Origin: the human T2T-CHM13v2.0 reference genome, Homo sapiens
Assembly (NCBI RefSeq): GCF_009914755.1
Contig: NC_060933.1
Strand: one strand, 5' to 3'
Length of the DNA stretch: 64,000 bases
The position numbers and the translations under genes were made by a program. A model generated the notes under the pieces. It saw nothing but the letters and a program-made list of their open reading frames with translations. It did no database searches and was not told where the DNA came from. The first letter of the stretch is position 1. Every line of letters starts with the position of its first letter. This document shows positions 15,841 to 31,237 of the stretch, piece by piece.

Positions 15841-17085
15841 GGCCAGTTCATAATGATACAAGGCTAGATTCACAATAAAAATAAATTTAAATTTGTATGT
15901 ACCTAATAGTATAACCTCAATATATTAAACAAAAAGTGACACCTAAAATAAGAAATAGATAAACCCACAATCATAGGGGAAATTTTAAAACGCTTTGCTC
16001 AGTAGTTGAAAGAAAAATTGTTGATATAGAAGATTTGAGTATGATTAACAAGCCTAAACTAAATGATGTGTAGATCCTGTCCCCAACGGTTGCACAATAC
16101 ACACTATTTTCAAGCAAACAAGTAATATACAAAAATTCACAATATATTGGAGGTAAAAAGCAAGTCTCAATAAATTTTACAGAGGAATGTTCTCTGATCA
16201 CAATGAAATTATGTCAGAAATCAATTATTAAAAGTAAAATCAGTAATTAAAAGGAAACATTTCCACTTGGTTGAAAATTATGTAAGACAACCCTAAATAT
16301 ATTATGGTCAAATAAGAAATCACAATGAAATTTGGAAAATACTTAACTGAACTAAAATGAAATAATACATATTAAGACATATGAAATATAAAACATAGAA
16401 TAGCTGTAATCCCAGCACTTTGGGAGGCTGAGGCAGGAGGACTGCTTAAGCCCCCAAGACCAGCCTGGGCAACAAGGCAAGACCTCATCTTTCAAAAACA
16501 TTTAAAAAAATTAGCTAGGCCTGGTGGTGTGCACCTGTGGTCTCAGCTACTTGGGAGGCTGAGACCAGGAGGTCAAGGCGGCAGTGAGCCACGATTGTAC
16601 CACTATACTCCAGCCTGGGCAACAGAGTGAGACCCTGTCAAAAAAAAAAATGTAATAGGAAAAAGTCTGAAAATCAACAATTCAAACTTCCATCTCAATA
16701 ACTGGAAAAAGAAACAGCAAAATAAACACAAAGAGGATGGAAAGAAAATGATAAATATAGGAGCAGAAGCTAGTGAAATACAAAGCAAACATATAAAATG
16801 AGGACCAACAAGGTCAAAAGTTGGTTCTTTAAAGAGATTAATAATTGACAAACTTCTGGTATGACTAATCAAGAAAAAAGAGAGAAACCACAAATAACCC
16901 AAATTGGGAATCTTATAAAAAGGGAGACATCACTACAAATGCTATAGATATTTTAAAAGATCATAATGTATTATTATGAACAACTTTATGCTAATACATT
17001 TGAAAGATTAGACAAAATGGAAAATTTTGTAGGAGAAAAAGTAACGTACCAATTTTGAATGAAGAAGAAATTAAAAAATCAGATT
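15840..17085 (+). mobile_element. Old L1M ORF2 fragments interrupted by an Alu
   Basis: A-rich decayed endonuclease-region text (gaaatagataaacccacaatcatagggg, ttatgaacaactttatgc). Confidence 0.65.
16403..16650 (+). mobile_element. AluJ-like element
   Basis: ctgtaatcccagcactttgggagg...ccagcctgggcaacagagtgagaccctgtc plus A-tail. Confidence 0.88.
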
Positions 17086-17094
17086 GTTCTAGAA

Positions 17095-17425
17095 TAGAAC
17101 TGTCCAAGAGAAATATAACATGAACCAAAGATGTAAGCCATTAGGCATTTTTAAATTTTCTAGTAGCCACATTTTAAAAAGTAAAAGGAAATTATTGTAA
17201 TTAATTTTAATAATATATTTTACTTAACCAGGGATATTCAAAATATCATTTCAACATGTAATCAATATAAAAATTATCAGCAAATATTCTTTTTTGGTAC
17301 TAAACTTTCAAAATCTGATGTGTATTTTATATTCGCAACATGTCTCAATTTGAACTAGCTGCACTCTGCACTTCCAGGGCTCAATAAACACATGTAGAGG
17401 GTATCCACCATATTGGATAGTGTAG
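17095..17425. mobile_element. MER33-like hAT DNA transposon
   Basis: ctgtccaagagaaatataa...ttttaaattttctagtagccacatt...ccatattggatagtg. Confidence 0.7.
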
Positions 17426-17874
17426 ATTTAGACCAAGGTTGGAGAAGCTGCCTTACCAGATATCAGGATTTATTATTTTTTAAAAATTTTAATGTAATAA
17501 TTAAAACAAGGTAGGTTTTACGCAGAGCAAGACAAAAGCACCAATGGCTGTCTCATTAATAATCAGGAAATGCAACTTAACACCACTCTGAATAACCCTA
17601 TATGCCCATTGGATTTCCAGAATTGGAAACTTCTGATAATGCCACGTGTTGGTAAGAATACAGAACGGTGTTTTATTTATTTGCCTGGGAGGCAAACTTA
17701 AATGTTGATGTTTAGTTTATTGTTAAAACAAACAAACAGGCAAACTGTTCATTATTACAGAAACCATATTGCTACAGCGAAGAAAATTTCAAAATATAGG
17801 CAAGCAAAGCGAAACAAACCAACAAAACAAATCATATTTCTGCTAGCCAGAGATCGCCACTGTGAGGTGTGAGT

Positions 17875-17928
17875 ATTTGTGTGTATACGTGTATGGGTGT
17901 GGTGTGTGTGTGTGTGTGTGTGTGTGTT
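17875..17928 (+). repeat. (TG)n microsatellite
   Basis: Direct TG run, pure part ~17903-17927. Confidence 0.9.
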
Positions 17929-18107
17929 TTGGAGAGAAAGAAAAATAGGTTTGCTTTTCAGAAGCCTCAAAGATGCAGAGTGAATAGTCAGAAATGTTGA
18001 AAATACTTAAACAGTCAAGAAGGCTGCAAGATTTTAAATTAAATCTTAACGTATCAAGAAGCGCTACCTGGAGTAGAATGTGAAAACAATGGGAATCTAG
18101 ATGCTAA

Positions 18108-18402
<295 letters not shown>

Positions 18403-19279
18403 GCCTCCCCAGCTTTAATCATCGTGTTTCTTTATAAACTTTTATATAACCCAAGCAAGGCAGCTTTGTAGCTGTACATTGAAGGTGAGGGGCACTGAAG
18501 TGTTTCTCCCCTTCAACGAAGCTAGGGAATCACACAGGGTCTCCCTCACGCAGCCAAGGAAGCAGGAGGCGCATAGCACGAGTCTGCAGTCCTATGTATA
18601 ATTCAAGGGGATGTTGGTAAATGCATCACGGGTAAAGAAAAATTACAAGATCTACGGAGCCAAGCATGATGGATTGCTTCAAAGCAGGTTGCTTACCAAG
18701 AGCGGCCTGTATCATGCTGTGCATGACAATCTCTGTAAGAAAATCACAGGTTGATAATCCAGAGGCTGTGTTTACATGCACACACACATCTTCAATCCCT
18801 TGGATGAACATCTGATTTGTGTTACTCTCTTTGAGTTTCAGAATTTCCATCTGGAATGTTACCTCACCAAACCAAACTACCTTAGGTCTAGTTAGTTTGA
18901 AGTCTGATTTTTTCCATTACTAGAAGGCAATCTTGGAATAAAGTCTTTAAAAATATTATAGTCTTTCTGCAGATGTATTTATCTCTTTCCATCAAAACAA
19001 CATACTAAAGTTTACAATAAATTCTTAAGAAGAAATGAATAGATGAACTTCAAAACTCTATCAGTGTTTATGTACTCTATGGAAAGTGTTCCATTTTAAG
19101 TCAATTAGAAAGCAGAATTTTTTTTCCAGGTCTATGAAACTGTGGTGGTGCCTATGATGTGTCAAAACAGAGAAATGAAAATGGAAATGAAATCAGATGT
19201 GGGTGCTTTACCATAGCAATGGCAGTGATACATAAAAGTCACAAGTTGCTTCAATGTTAGCAAAAATCTAAAGTTATAG

Positions 19280-19791
<512 letters not shown>

Positions 19792-20627
19792 TCAAAATGT
19801 TTGTTGACTGACTGAATGAATGACCTAGTGTATGAGCGTGTGGAGTTGTAGCCTGTGTGCTTTGCTGAGTCAATGATTTTACTATGTTGGTTCTCAAAAA
19901 AAACGGCTTTACAATATAAAATCAAAGTAAAATAAAATTAATTAACAAATCAGCAACTTTACTCATGGATCTTTGCTAGGCACTGTGGTAAACGGAAAGA
20001 TGAGTAAATCTTTAATAAGTGGGACACACTGGGATGGGATGAAGTAACAATTGAAGATTAAATGCATTTGTGAATACTGAGGCCACAGGAACACTGAATA
20101 GCTTTTAATTGAGGACTTGTCCTATTCTATTAGACATCAAAATTAAAAACAGCTTCAAAATGCTCTTATTTTGACACATTCCCCTCCCTCTCCTTCTGTC
20201 ACAGCCATCAAAGGCCAAGCATCTCTGCCTAATTGGCATATGTTGAGGTCAGGCTGACAGGAACAGCTGGATGAGACTTGACCTGAAGTTTTGGTTGGAT
20301 CAATTCACCAACCCCACTGACCCAGAATTGTAGGTATGGCATTTACCACTCACCATATTAATCAATCTGACTGGATATTAAAACCATGCTTTACTTACTG
20401 GGGCACACAGACTAAGGGGCTAGATCTCACTTGAAGTGGAATAAAGTGAAAAGCTCACATCCTGGGTCAACATGAAACTGAAAAAATCAATGAATTTGAT
20501 AGTAAAAAGTAAAACCAGAAGGGTTTTGATGGCTGGGAGATACTGGTGGCTGCCTAAATCCAAATCTCTCTTCTACATCCACCCTCAAAATATAAAATCA
20601 CCATTGAGTGTCAATAAAACCATACAT

Positions 20628-20888
20628 AGGCTGAGCTGGGAGGACTGCTTGAGGCCAAGAGTTCGAGATTAGCCTGGGCAACATAGTGAGACCCCGTTTC
20701 TAAAAAAAGAAAGAAAGAAAATTAGCTGGGTGTGGTGGCATGCACCTTTAGTCCCAGCTGCTTGGGAGGCTGAGGCAGAATGGCTTGATCCCAGGAGTTC
20801 AAGGCTGTAGTGAGCTATGATTGCACCACTGCACTCCAGCCTGGGTGACAGAGTGAGACCCTGTCTCTTAAAAAAACAAAAACAAAAA
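20628..20888 (+). mobile_element. AluJ-like element, 5' truncated
   Basis: aggctgagctgggaggactgcttgagg...gagaccctgtctc plus A-tail. Confidence 0.85.
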
Positions 20889-21678
20889 CACCCCCAAAAC
20901 TACACGTGAATCATGCCTTTAGCATTATTAGTGGCAGAGAATACCATGGTCTTCAAATTACTTGTAGATAGAGAAATAAATACCAAATCCCAGGAGAGTC
21001 CTACCATCCACCTACAAGCCTGTGGATGCTGAGAGTATGGAGAAGGGGCTTTCAGAGGCCCATAAAAAAATGAGACAGGGAAGTAGAAGATACAGATGAA
21101 GCACAGGCAAATTCACCCCGGAAAAGCCCAACAGTAAGTGTCTAAGTATTGAACACATGTCTGGGACATAGTAGTGGAAAGCCACAGTTACAGCATGGGG
21201 GCTTGCAGTGAACGGCACTGGAAACCACAGCCATGAAGAAGCAGTGCTGCTGGGAAAGAATAGAGAAGGGATTCGCCCTTGAAGATGCTGCCATGACGGA
21301 GAAGAAGGAAGTGAGACGGGCACATTAAAGGAGAAATAAAATGTGCGGTAAACATAACGGCTCACGAGGACTGGTTATTATCATCTCTTCACAACTCTGT
21401 GTTCGGTGACACCCCATTGGTAGGTTAAAATCAGCTGTAGTGGGAGTACACGTGTCATGGCAAATGCTACCAATCAGGCTACTTTTTCTTGGAGATCTGG
21501 CTGTTAAACATTTACCAGCTGACCACTGCATCTGTCAGTCCCCTTTCTTTACCACCATCACCACCACAACTGCCAACAATATTTTCCATTAAATAAATTG
21601 CACTTCAATTAAACTATCTTAAGACGACACTCAACTAGGAACCCTCCTGACAAAACACCCAGAGATAGAAAAAAATCA

Positions 21679-22073
<395 letters not shown>

Positions 22074-22079
22074 TTAGAA

Positions 22080-22760
22080 TCATAATTTTTAGAAAACCAA
22101 GAATAGAAATGGACATAAAACAGGAAGAAATACCACACAAATTGACTAATCTCAAAAAACATATCGAAAGAAAAAGAATTATTTCAGAAATGAAGAACAA
22201 ATTATAAGTCCCAATGGAAAACAGAATTCAACAAAAATTTAATAAGGGATACTGAAGAAAAGTAGGCAAATGACCAAGAGATTTAAAATGAGGTAAAGAA
22301 GTTAGAGTCAGAGAGAAAGTGGTTGAAATGGAAGGCAGACAGAGAAGGTCCAACATATGAATAATTGTGCTCTCTAAAGAGGAAAGCAAAATATTGGAAC
22401 AGAGCTAATATTTAAGTTTATATTCTAAGATAACTTTCTGGAAATGAAAAAAAATTCATTCTACATATAGAGCAAACTTACTGTGTAAATGAGAAAATTG
22501 ACAACAGACAATTAACTCTAAGACATATCCTGGTAAAATGATTAGACTTTAAAGACAAAGGAAAGAAATCATCAGAGCCTCCAGGCAAAAAGATCCAGTT
22601 ACTTACAGGAAAGAAAATCAGGCAGGGTATCAGGCTTCTCACAGCCACAGAAAAGGTCAGGCAGGAGTGAAGCAGCATTTTCATGGACTCAAGGAAAGAA
22701 AGTGCCAGTCACAGATTTAATATCCATCCAAGCTATCCATGGAACAGTGTGCTAATGCTC
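22080..22760 (+). mobile_element. Old L1M ORF1-like fragment
   Basis: agagaaggtccaacatatgaataattg, actctaagacatatcctggtaaaat, acttacaggaaagaaaatcagg. Confidence 0.55.
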
Positions 22761-23137
22761 TTCCTGAAGAATACACTGGAGAGTAGACTTCATCCAACCT
22801 TAAGTGATCATAGAGGAAACTTCAGCAAAATAACCAGTACTTAATATGTTTAATTGCAGAGCCAGGAGTAAAACAAGGGAGAGAACATGGGTGGAAAACA
22901 TATAATGGTGATACATTCTGGCAGAGAGGAAGAATACCAGTAAAAGTGAGAGGAGATAGGAACAGGAGGAGGGGGAAGGCTGAATAAGATCACTGCCAGT
23001 TGTAATATGTGGGAATCAGAAGACACTACTGACAGGTTAGATCATAAAAGATTAAGTAAAGAAAGAAAAGGAGTTAGGGAAACCATAACATAAAATATAT
23101 GAAAACAAAGGTAATAACTAGAACAAAAATATTCTTA

Positions 23138-23464
<327 letters not shown>

Positions 23465-23577
23465 TTAATATGAATGACATACTAAATAGAGAAAGAAGCA
23501 CAATAAATAGTATAAAATATACACCAAACTATAACATGAAGTAATATGATAGAGTCGAGATTAAACATGTCACATTA

Positions 23578-23947
<370 letters not shown>

Positions 23948-24473
23948 TCATACAGCAAAACCGAAGTCTATGCTGTGATCAAAAGACACATCTAAAACAC
24001 AGTGATTCAAAACGAGTAAAAAATAAGGAATAAAAACAAAAATTTACCAGGTTAATAGAAACAATAAGAATTCAGGGATTGTTATGACAGTTTAAGACAA
24101 AGTAGCATTTAAGCCAAAAAGCATTAAACAAGATGAAAGAGATTTAGTAAAGCTGAAACCATAGTTCGCAAAGGACTGGAACTTGTATTGGAGGAAAATG
24201 TTATAAAGAAAATTACTGGGGCAGTTGTCAAAATTGGAATATGGACAGTAGTTTAAATAAAAGTGTTATATCAAAATCAAATTTTCTAAATCAGAGAATA
24301 GCCTTGTCCTTAGAAAATATGGAATTATTAAGAAATAAAGGTATATGATGTATGCAACTTACTTGCAACTTGTTAAAAAAGTGGGAATCTGGGTAAAGAG
24401 CAAATAAGAGATCTGTGGATTGTGCTTGCAACTTTTTGGCAAGTGCGAAATTACTTCAAATTAAAAGTAAAGT

Positions 24474-24753
24474 GGCCGGGCGCGGTGGCTCACGCCTGTA
24501 ATCCCAGCACTTTGGGAGGCCGAGGCTGGCGGATCACGAGGTCAGGAGATGGAGACCATCCTGGCTAACACGGTGAAACCCCATCTCTACTAAAAATACA
24601 AAAAATTAGCCGGGCGTGGTGGCGGGAGTTTGTAGTCCCAGCTACTCAGGAGGCTGAGGCAGGAGAATGGGGTGAACCTGGGAGGCGGAGCTTGCAGTGT
24701 GCCGAGATTGTGCTACTGCACTCCAGTCTGGGCGACAGAGCGAGACTCCATCT

Positions 24754-24789
<36 letters not shown>
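24474..24789 (+). mobile_element. AluY element with long pure A-tail
   Basis: ggccgggcgcggtggctcacgcc start; ~35 nt A run; aaattaaaagtaaa repeated on both flanks. Confidence 0.95.
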
Positions 24790-24791
<2 letters not shown>

Positions 24792-24885
24792 AAAAGTAAA
24801 AAGAAAAAGCAAACTGTATGCATTGTGAAAACTCATCAAATTTCCTCTTATTTGTGCATTCTACTGTATGTACGTTTTACCTTAA

Positions 24886-25245
<360 letters not shown>

Positions 25246-26249
25246 TTATCTAACTAGAGTTAGATAACTACATGCTGAAGTGTTAAAGATTGAAGAATAC
25301 TGATGTTAGCAACTTGAAATTCTTAAAAATAAGACGACTTGGTGGACAGGTAAGATGGGGACAGACAGGTGGTCATACGCGTGATAAAAGCAAATATAGC
25401 AAAATATTAATTACAGAAAGTAAGTGGTGGGTATATGGGTATTAATTGCATAATTCTTTCAACTTTTTCCGTTTGTTCAAAAATTTTCATAAGATGTTGG
25501 GGGAAGAAGAGGTGAGTCAGTGGTTTGAGTCAGTGGTTTGATGCTGTGCCGCCTTTATATTAATAAACAGCTGGGTGGCTGGCTAGATCTTCCACTTTCC
25601 AGCACTGTCTCTTTTTACTTGGCCTCGGTTAAACTTTAACAACCGGTCCTGTCCCAGGAAGAAGTCTTGGAAGCAGCAGACCCACCCCCTGCATCTCACC
25701 CTGGGGCCCTGAGACTCTGTGGGTGAGCACATTTGTTACTTATCAGAACTGGCCCCCACAAATCTAGCTCCATGTCCCCATTTCTCTAAACTGGGAGTAC
25801 ATTAGTCCAGGGCCCTTCACACTTTGATTTGCTTCCTTAGAAACACAGGCGGCCCTGCCTGCACACACCTGTTCCCTGTCCCCGATGCGGCCAGCCGAGC
25901 CCCCACTGCCACGGGGAGGTCTGCTTCGGGTTTATGTTTTAGGGTAAGAAAAAGGCCATTAAAATTCTCTCTGATGGTTGAGTCCCTGCTTGTGGGGGAG
26001 GGGGAGACGGAGCCAAGGGGAAGAAATTTGCTGGTAAGCAAAGCCCCACTTAAAAATTTTCCCTTTCTTTCTTTTTGTTTCTCCTTTTTTCCCCCTTGAA
26101 GCGGCTTTCCCTGGAGTCAAAGCATTTTACAAAAACAAACCACTCCAGAGCTTTCAAGTCTAGGGAAAGCTCAAGCAAAGTTAATTAACATGAAGGTTCT
26201 CACAAAAGTTAATTAACATGAAGGGACTCACAAAAGCTGTCTGCTGGCA

Positions 26250-26610
26250 TCTGCTCGCCTGCCTGCCATGTGCAGCGGCCCCTTTGTGCCCGCGCACCCG
26301 GCCCGGCCCGGCCCTGCCTGCGCGGCGGCTGCGGCTCTGGGCGGCCCCGGCTCCCGGAGGCCTCTCCCCCGCGGCGGGGCGGGGCTCAGACACCTGGCTC
26401 CTGCGGGGCTCCTGCCCTGCTTCCTGTCCTGGTTCCTGCCCCGCTTCCTGTCCTGGTTCCTGCCCCGGCTTCTGCCCGGGTTCCTGCCCCGGCTCCTGCC
26501 CCGGCTCCGGTCCGCGGCGAGAAGGTGCGGCCGGCACGAGGCAGCCGCGGGGAGAAGGAATAGAGCGAGCGAGAGGCGCCGGCCCAAGGGGCAGCCAGGA
26601 GCCAGACGAG
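26250..26610. promoter_or_regulatory. Orphan CpG island with GC boxes (candidate promoter/enhancer)
   Basis: Very GC- and CpG-rich non-Alu segment; GGGGCGGGGC at 26376-26385. Confidence 0.75.
26396..26512 (+). repeat. 12 bp GC-rich minisatellite (consensus TCCTGCCCCGGY), ~9-10 units
   Basis: Visible units; produces the SCPG/QEPG periodicity in the ORF track. Confidence 0.9.
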
Positions 26611-26724
26611 GAAAGCAAGGGAGAAAGGACAATCACAAAATCTCTTTAACATGTGTCTCGTGCAAATCAAGGTTGTTTTTGACAGACTAACTTAAAAATA
26701 CTGATACACGGCTCTGTGATACAC

Positions 26725-27020
<296 letters not shown>

Positions 27021-27057
27021 TACATGCAAAGTATAAATCCCACAAAACAGTCATATC

Positions 27058-27500
27058 AGAACTGGAGGTCATTATGTTAAGTGAAAAAGGCCAGGCACAG
27101 AAAGACAAACATCGCATGTTCTCATTTATTAGTGGGATCCAGAAATCAAATCAGTTGAACTCATGGACATAGAGAGTAGAAGGATGGTTACCAGAGGCTG
27201 GGAAGGGGAGTGCGGGGCTGAGGGGAGGTGTGGATGGTTAGTACAAAACGTAAGAAAGAATGAGTAAGACCTACTATTTGACAGCACAATAGGGTGACTA
27301 TAGTTAATAATAACTTAATTGTACATTTAAAAATACTTAAAGAGTGTTAATTGGTTTGCAACTCAAAGTATAAATGTTCAGGGGATGGATAGCCCATTCT
27401 TCATGGTGTACTTATTTCACATTGCATGCTGGTATCAAAACACCAAATATACCCCATAAATATATACACCTACTATGTACCCACAACAAATTTTAAAAGT
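27058..27500 (+). mobile_element. L1MA-type 3' end fragment
   Basis: gaactggaggtcattatgttaagtgaa...ataccccataaatatatacacctactatgtacccaca. Confidence 0.85.
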
Positions 27501-27670
27501 AATTTAAAACAATTTTTTAAAATCATATAAGGAAATAATGTAATGAATAATATATGACATGTTAAGTAATAATTATAATTATTCAATAATATAAAGTTGA
27601 TATCAATAATCAATATTAAATTTCATCTGTATGAATACTATAATAATATAATAAAAATGTACATTTTCTG

Positions 27671-27961
27671 TTTTTTTTTTTTATACAGTCTTGCTGTGTC
27701 ACCTAGGCTGGAGTACAGTTTCACCATCTCGGCTTACTACAAGCTCTGCCTCCTAGGTTCAGGCAATTCTCCCACCTCAGCCTCCCAAGTAGCTGGGACT
27801 GCAGGTGTGTGCCACCACACCCAACTAATTTTTGTATTTTTAGTAGAGACGGGGTTTCACCATGTTGTCCAGGCTGGTCTCAAAGTCCTGACCTCAAGTG
27901 ATCCACCTGTCTAGGCCTCCCAAAATGCTGGGATTACGGGCATGAGCCTCCGTGCCGGGCC
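27671..27961 (-). mobile_element. Alu element
   Basis: Reverse-complement full Alu. Confidence 0.92.
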
Positions 27962-28382
27962 TGCCTCTACTCTTATATAAAGATACATTTTTTTTTTTTT
28001 TCAGAAACAGGATTATAATGTGCCTACATTTTTGGGTAATTAACGTTTTCATTGATAGTAGGTCATGAACATTTTTCAGTGTCAGTAAATATATGGTCTC
28101 TGCAGACCCACAAGGATTTTTCTAATCTTCCAGATAAATTGTCACAAATAAATATGTACACAGGTTTTGCTATGCCACCCTTAGGTGTATACAGTTGAAT
28201 ACAAATGTGCAGTGTTTACATAATGAACCACCTGAGGAAAGGTTATTTCCTTAAAAGAAAGGTTTACTGTGTGAATGCTTCCCTGCAAAGAAGTTGTACA
28301 ATTGTGTCGGAAAAATCCATTTGTTTGGATTTATAAATTTTGGAGTTCTGCACCATGTACCTGAAACTTTGCTATTAGGGAT

Positions 28383-28771
28383 GGATATGGTTTGGATCTG
28401 TGTCCCTGCCCAAATCTCATGTTGAACTGTAATCCCCCATGTTGGAGGAAGGGCCTGGTGGGAGGTGATTGGATCATGGGGACAGATTTCTCCCTTGCCG
28501 TTTTCATGGTAGTGGGTTCTCATGAGATCTAGTTTTTAAAAGTGTGTGGCACTTTCCCCTTTGCTTTCTTTCTCCTTCTCCAGCCATGTGAAGATGTGCC
28601 TCCCCTTCCACCATGATCGTAAGTTTCCTGAGGCCTCCCCAGCCATGCCTCCTGTTCAGTCTGTGGAACAGTGAGTCAAGTTTTTCTTTATGAAGAAAGA
28701 AGTTTTTCTTTCTTCCTAAATTACCCGGTCTCACATAGTTCTTTATAGCAGTGCGAGAACTGACTAATACA
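28383..28771 (+). mobile_element. MaLR solo LTR (MST/THE1-like)
   Basis: gatatggtttggatctgtgtccctgcccaaatctcatgttgaa ... ttctttatagcagtgcgagaactgactaataca. Confidence 0.88.
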
Positions 28772-29421
28772 GGGACATTTGCCCGGAATGTGAATTTGGT
28801 TCCCTTGAGAGCCTTTAAACTGTTTATTTCCAGGTTCCTCCCGGTGTGAAGGAGCATCACTGACTCATGCAGGTCTTTCTTCATTCAGGAACTGGCCCTC
28901 CATGGCTGTCGCAGCTCCTTCGAGAACGCCGTGCTGCGGCACTCATGTGCCTGCCCAGAAGCTGCCCAAGTTTGTTCACTGGGGCTTATTTAGGAATTTT
29001 GGGGTGTGGGGCTGATAGACTAGGACACAAAGAAAAGACCCGAGGAAGGCAGGGTTTTCACTACAGGTACTTTCTATTATCATGGCCATAGATTTTGTTT
29101 TGTTTTTTTCCAAGTGCCTCCTACGTTTCCAGGGGTTCCTGAGACCACTGGACTGAATTGCCCAGTCACTGCTTTGTAGACATCCATAAACAGAAGCATT
29201 TTAACATGGCTGGCTCGGGAAGAAAAGTGGATTGTACACACTGCAGCCTTCCCAATCCTGAGGTGATGCAGATGGGCTGGAGACAAAAACTGATCATTTT
29301 CATTTCCTCCCGTATGGACTGTTTCAGAATATTCTGCAGCTGATGACAAGAATGGAAACTGTGGATATAGCCAGTAAATGTATACTTAGAAGAGACCAGA
29401 AATACTTGCAAGAAAGAGGCC

Positions 29422-29758
29422 TGCTATGATGTGAGTTGTGTCCCCCCAGATCACATGTTAAGCCTAATCACCAGTGTGATGGTATTGGGAGGTAAGACCT
29501 TTGGGAGGGCCTCATGAATGAGATTAGTGCCCTCATAAAAGAGGCCCTGAAGAGCTGCCTTGCCCCATCCACCTTACAAAGGTGCATTGAGAGGGGGCCA
29601 TCTATGAGACAGGAAGCAGGCCCTCACCAGACACTGAACCTGCCGGCACCTTGATCTTGGACTTCTGAGCCTCCAGAACCGTGAGAAATGAATGTCTTTG
29701 TTTAGAAGCTACCCAGTTTGTGGTATTTTGTTATAGCAGTGCAAACAGACTGAGACAA
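29422..29758 (+). mobile_element. MaLR solo LTR (MLT1A-like)
   Basis: tgctatg...gtgtgatggtatt...ccggcaccttgatcttggacttc...gttatagcagtgcaaacagactgagaca. Confidence 0.85.
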
Positions 29759-29929
29759 GCCCCCAATGTGGCAAGGGAAGAAAGGCCATTCCAGATCGTG
29801 GGATGAAGTGCACTCTGGGGGTCAAGAGCACGACCTGGGTTTGAATCCTGACTTTGCTCCTTCATGGCAGAAGGATCTTGAGTATATTACTGCCGTGGAT
29901 TGGTACTCTATGTCCATTCATCTTGTATC

Positions 29930-30860
29930 TCAGAGATGAGAAACTGAAAACATTTTCCAGACTCCCTTGCAGCTAGGGGTTAGGACCTAGTGTTTAGGTC
30001 CTACACATTTGGTGTGGTCAGAGAAAGCAGAACGCAGAAATGAGTACGAGGCCATTTTTGTGTTGTTACTGGTATTTCTCCTGGGAAGCATGGTTTTGGT
30101 GGCTTGGTTCAGGAGTTGTCAAGGACTTTCCAGTTTGACTGGTGGCTTCTTGATCTTAAAAGAGGCAGAAACCCTCTTGGTGGTCTGCCTCTGTGGTATT
30201 GGCATTGCTTCTGAAAGCTCATCCCACAGTTTTCCCTCCAGCCTTCTCAATAATTCTGTAAACCATTCATTACCTTGTAATAAATATTTTTGCTTAAACT
30301 AGGGAGAGTGAAATCTGTTCCCTGTAATGGAATCCTGACCAACAGAGTTCCTTAACCTGTCTGTGATCTGTGATGGTGACAGCTTCTGATGTGTTGCCTG
30401 GGCTAGGCTCAGCTACAGACCCCAGCATTCTCTTTTGAGTATGTTTCTGGTTAGGGTGGGCTACAAGAGATTTTCTTTTTGGAGAATTGGAGGATAGAAG
30501 GGAAGCAGTGGCCATTTTGTAGCATGCATGCACCTTCTCCCAGGTATTCCCTCAAGCACTAATGTGGGTACTGCTGTGAAGGTATTTTACAGATGTGATG
30601 AAAGTCCCAGATCAATCCCCTTCAAGCTGATCAAAAACGAGGTTATTATAGGTGAGCCTGACCTAATCAGTTTGAAGACCTTTAAAATAAGGTATAGGCT
30701 TTCCTATGTTTAGAGATGGTATATGAATAAGAGGCTTCAGCTCATGCCTATGGGGCTCCAGCCTGCTCATGATCTCCCCTTCCTGACTGTCTGTCCTGAG
30801 GACAACCCCAGACTTGCATAAGCCAGTGTTTTTGGTAATTAATCTATCTATTTATCTATC

Positions 30861-30911
<51 letters not shown>

Positions 30912-31237
30912 CCTCTATTATCTATCACCTATCTTTCATCTATCTATCTATCTGTCTATCTATCGTCTATCAATCATCTATCATCTATCAGTCTATCATC
31001 TATCAATGATCTATTATATATCATCTATCAATCATCTATCATCTATCTGTTGTCTATCAGTCATCTATCATCTATCATCTATCAATCATCTATTATCTAT
31101 CATCTATCAATCTTCTATCATCTGTTATCTAACTATCTATCTATCATCTATCTATCTATCATCTATATGTCTGTCTGTCTATCTATTTCTCATCTCTTCT
31201 ATTGGCTCTGCTTCTCTGGTTGAACCCTACCTGATAC
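29930..31237. mobile_element. Cluster of old ERVL-type LTR fragments (including MLT2-like)
   Basis: ttttccagactcccttgcagctagg; gctgtgaaggtattttacagatgtg; tctattggctctgcttctctggttgaaccct end. Confidence 0.55.
30841..31190 (+). repeat. Complex (TATC/TCTA)n tetranucleotide repeat
   Basis: ~350 bp degenerate array with a pure block at ~30862-30911. Confidence 0.95.

Noticed and set aside
26181-26690. Six overlapping ORFs with SCPG/QEPG repeats (Cys-rich, keratin-associated-protein-like look)
   Set aside because: Open in all frames because of GC-rich 12-mer periodicity; no recognisable domain or exon structure
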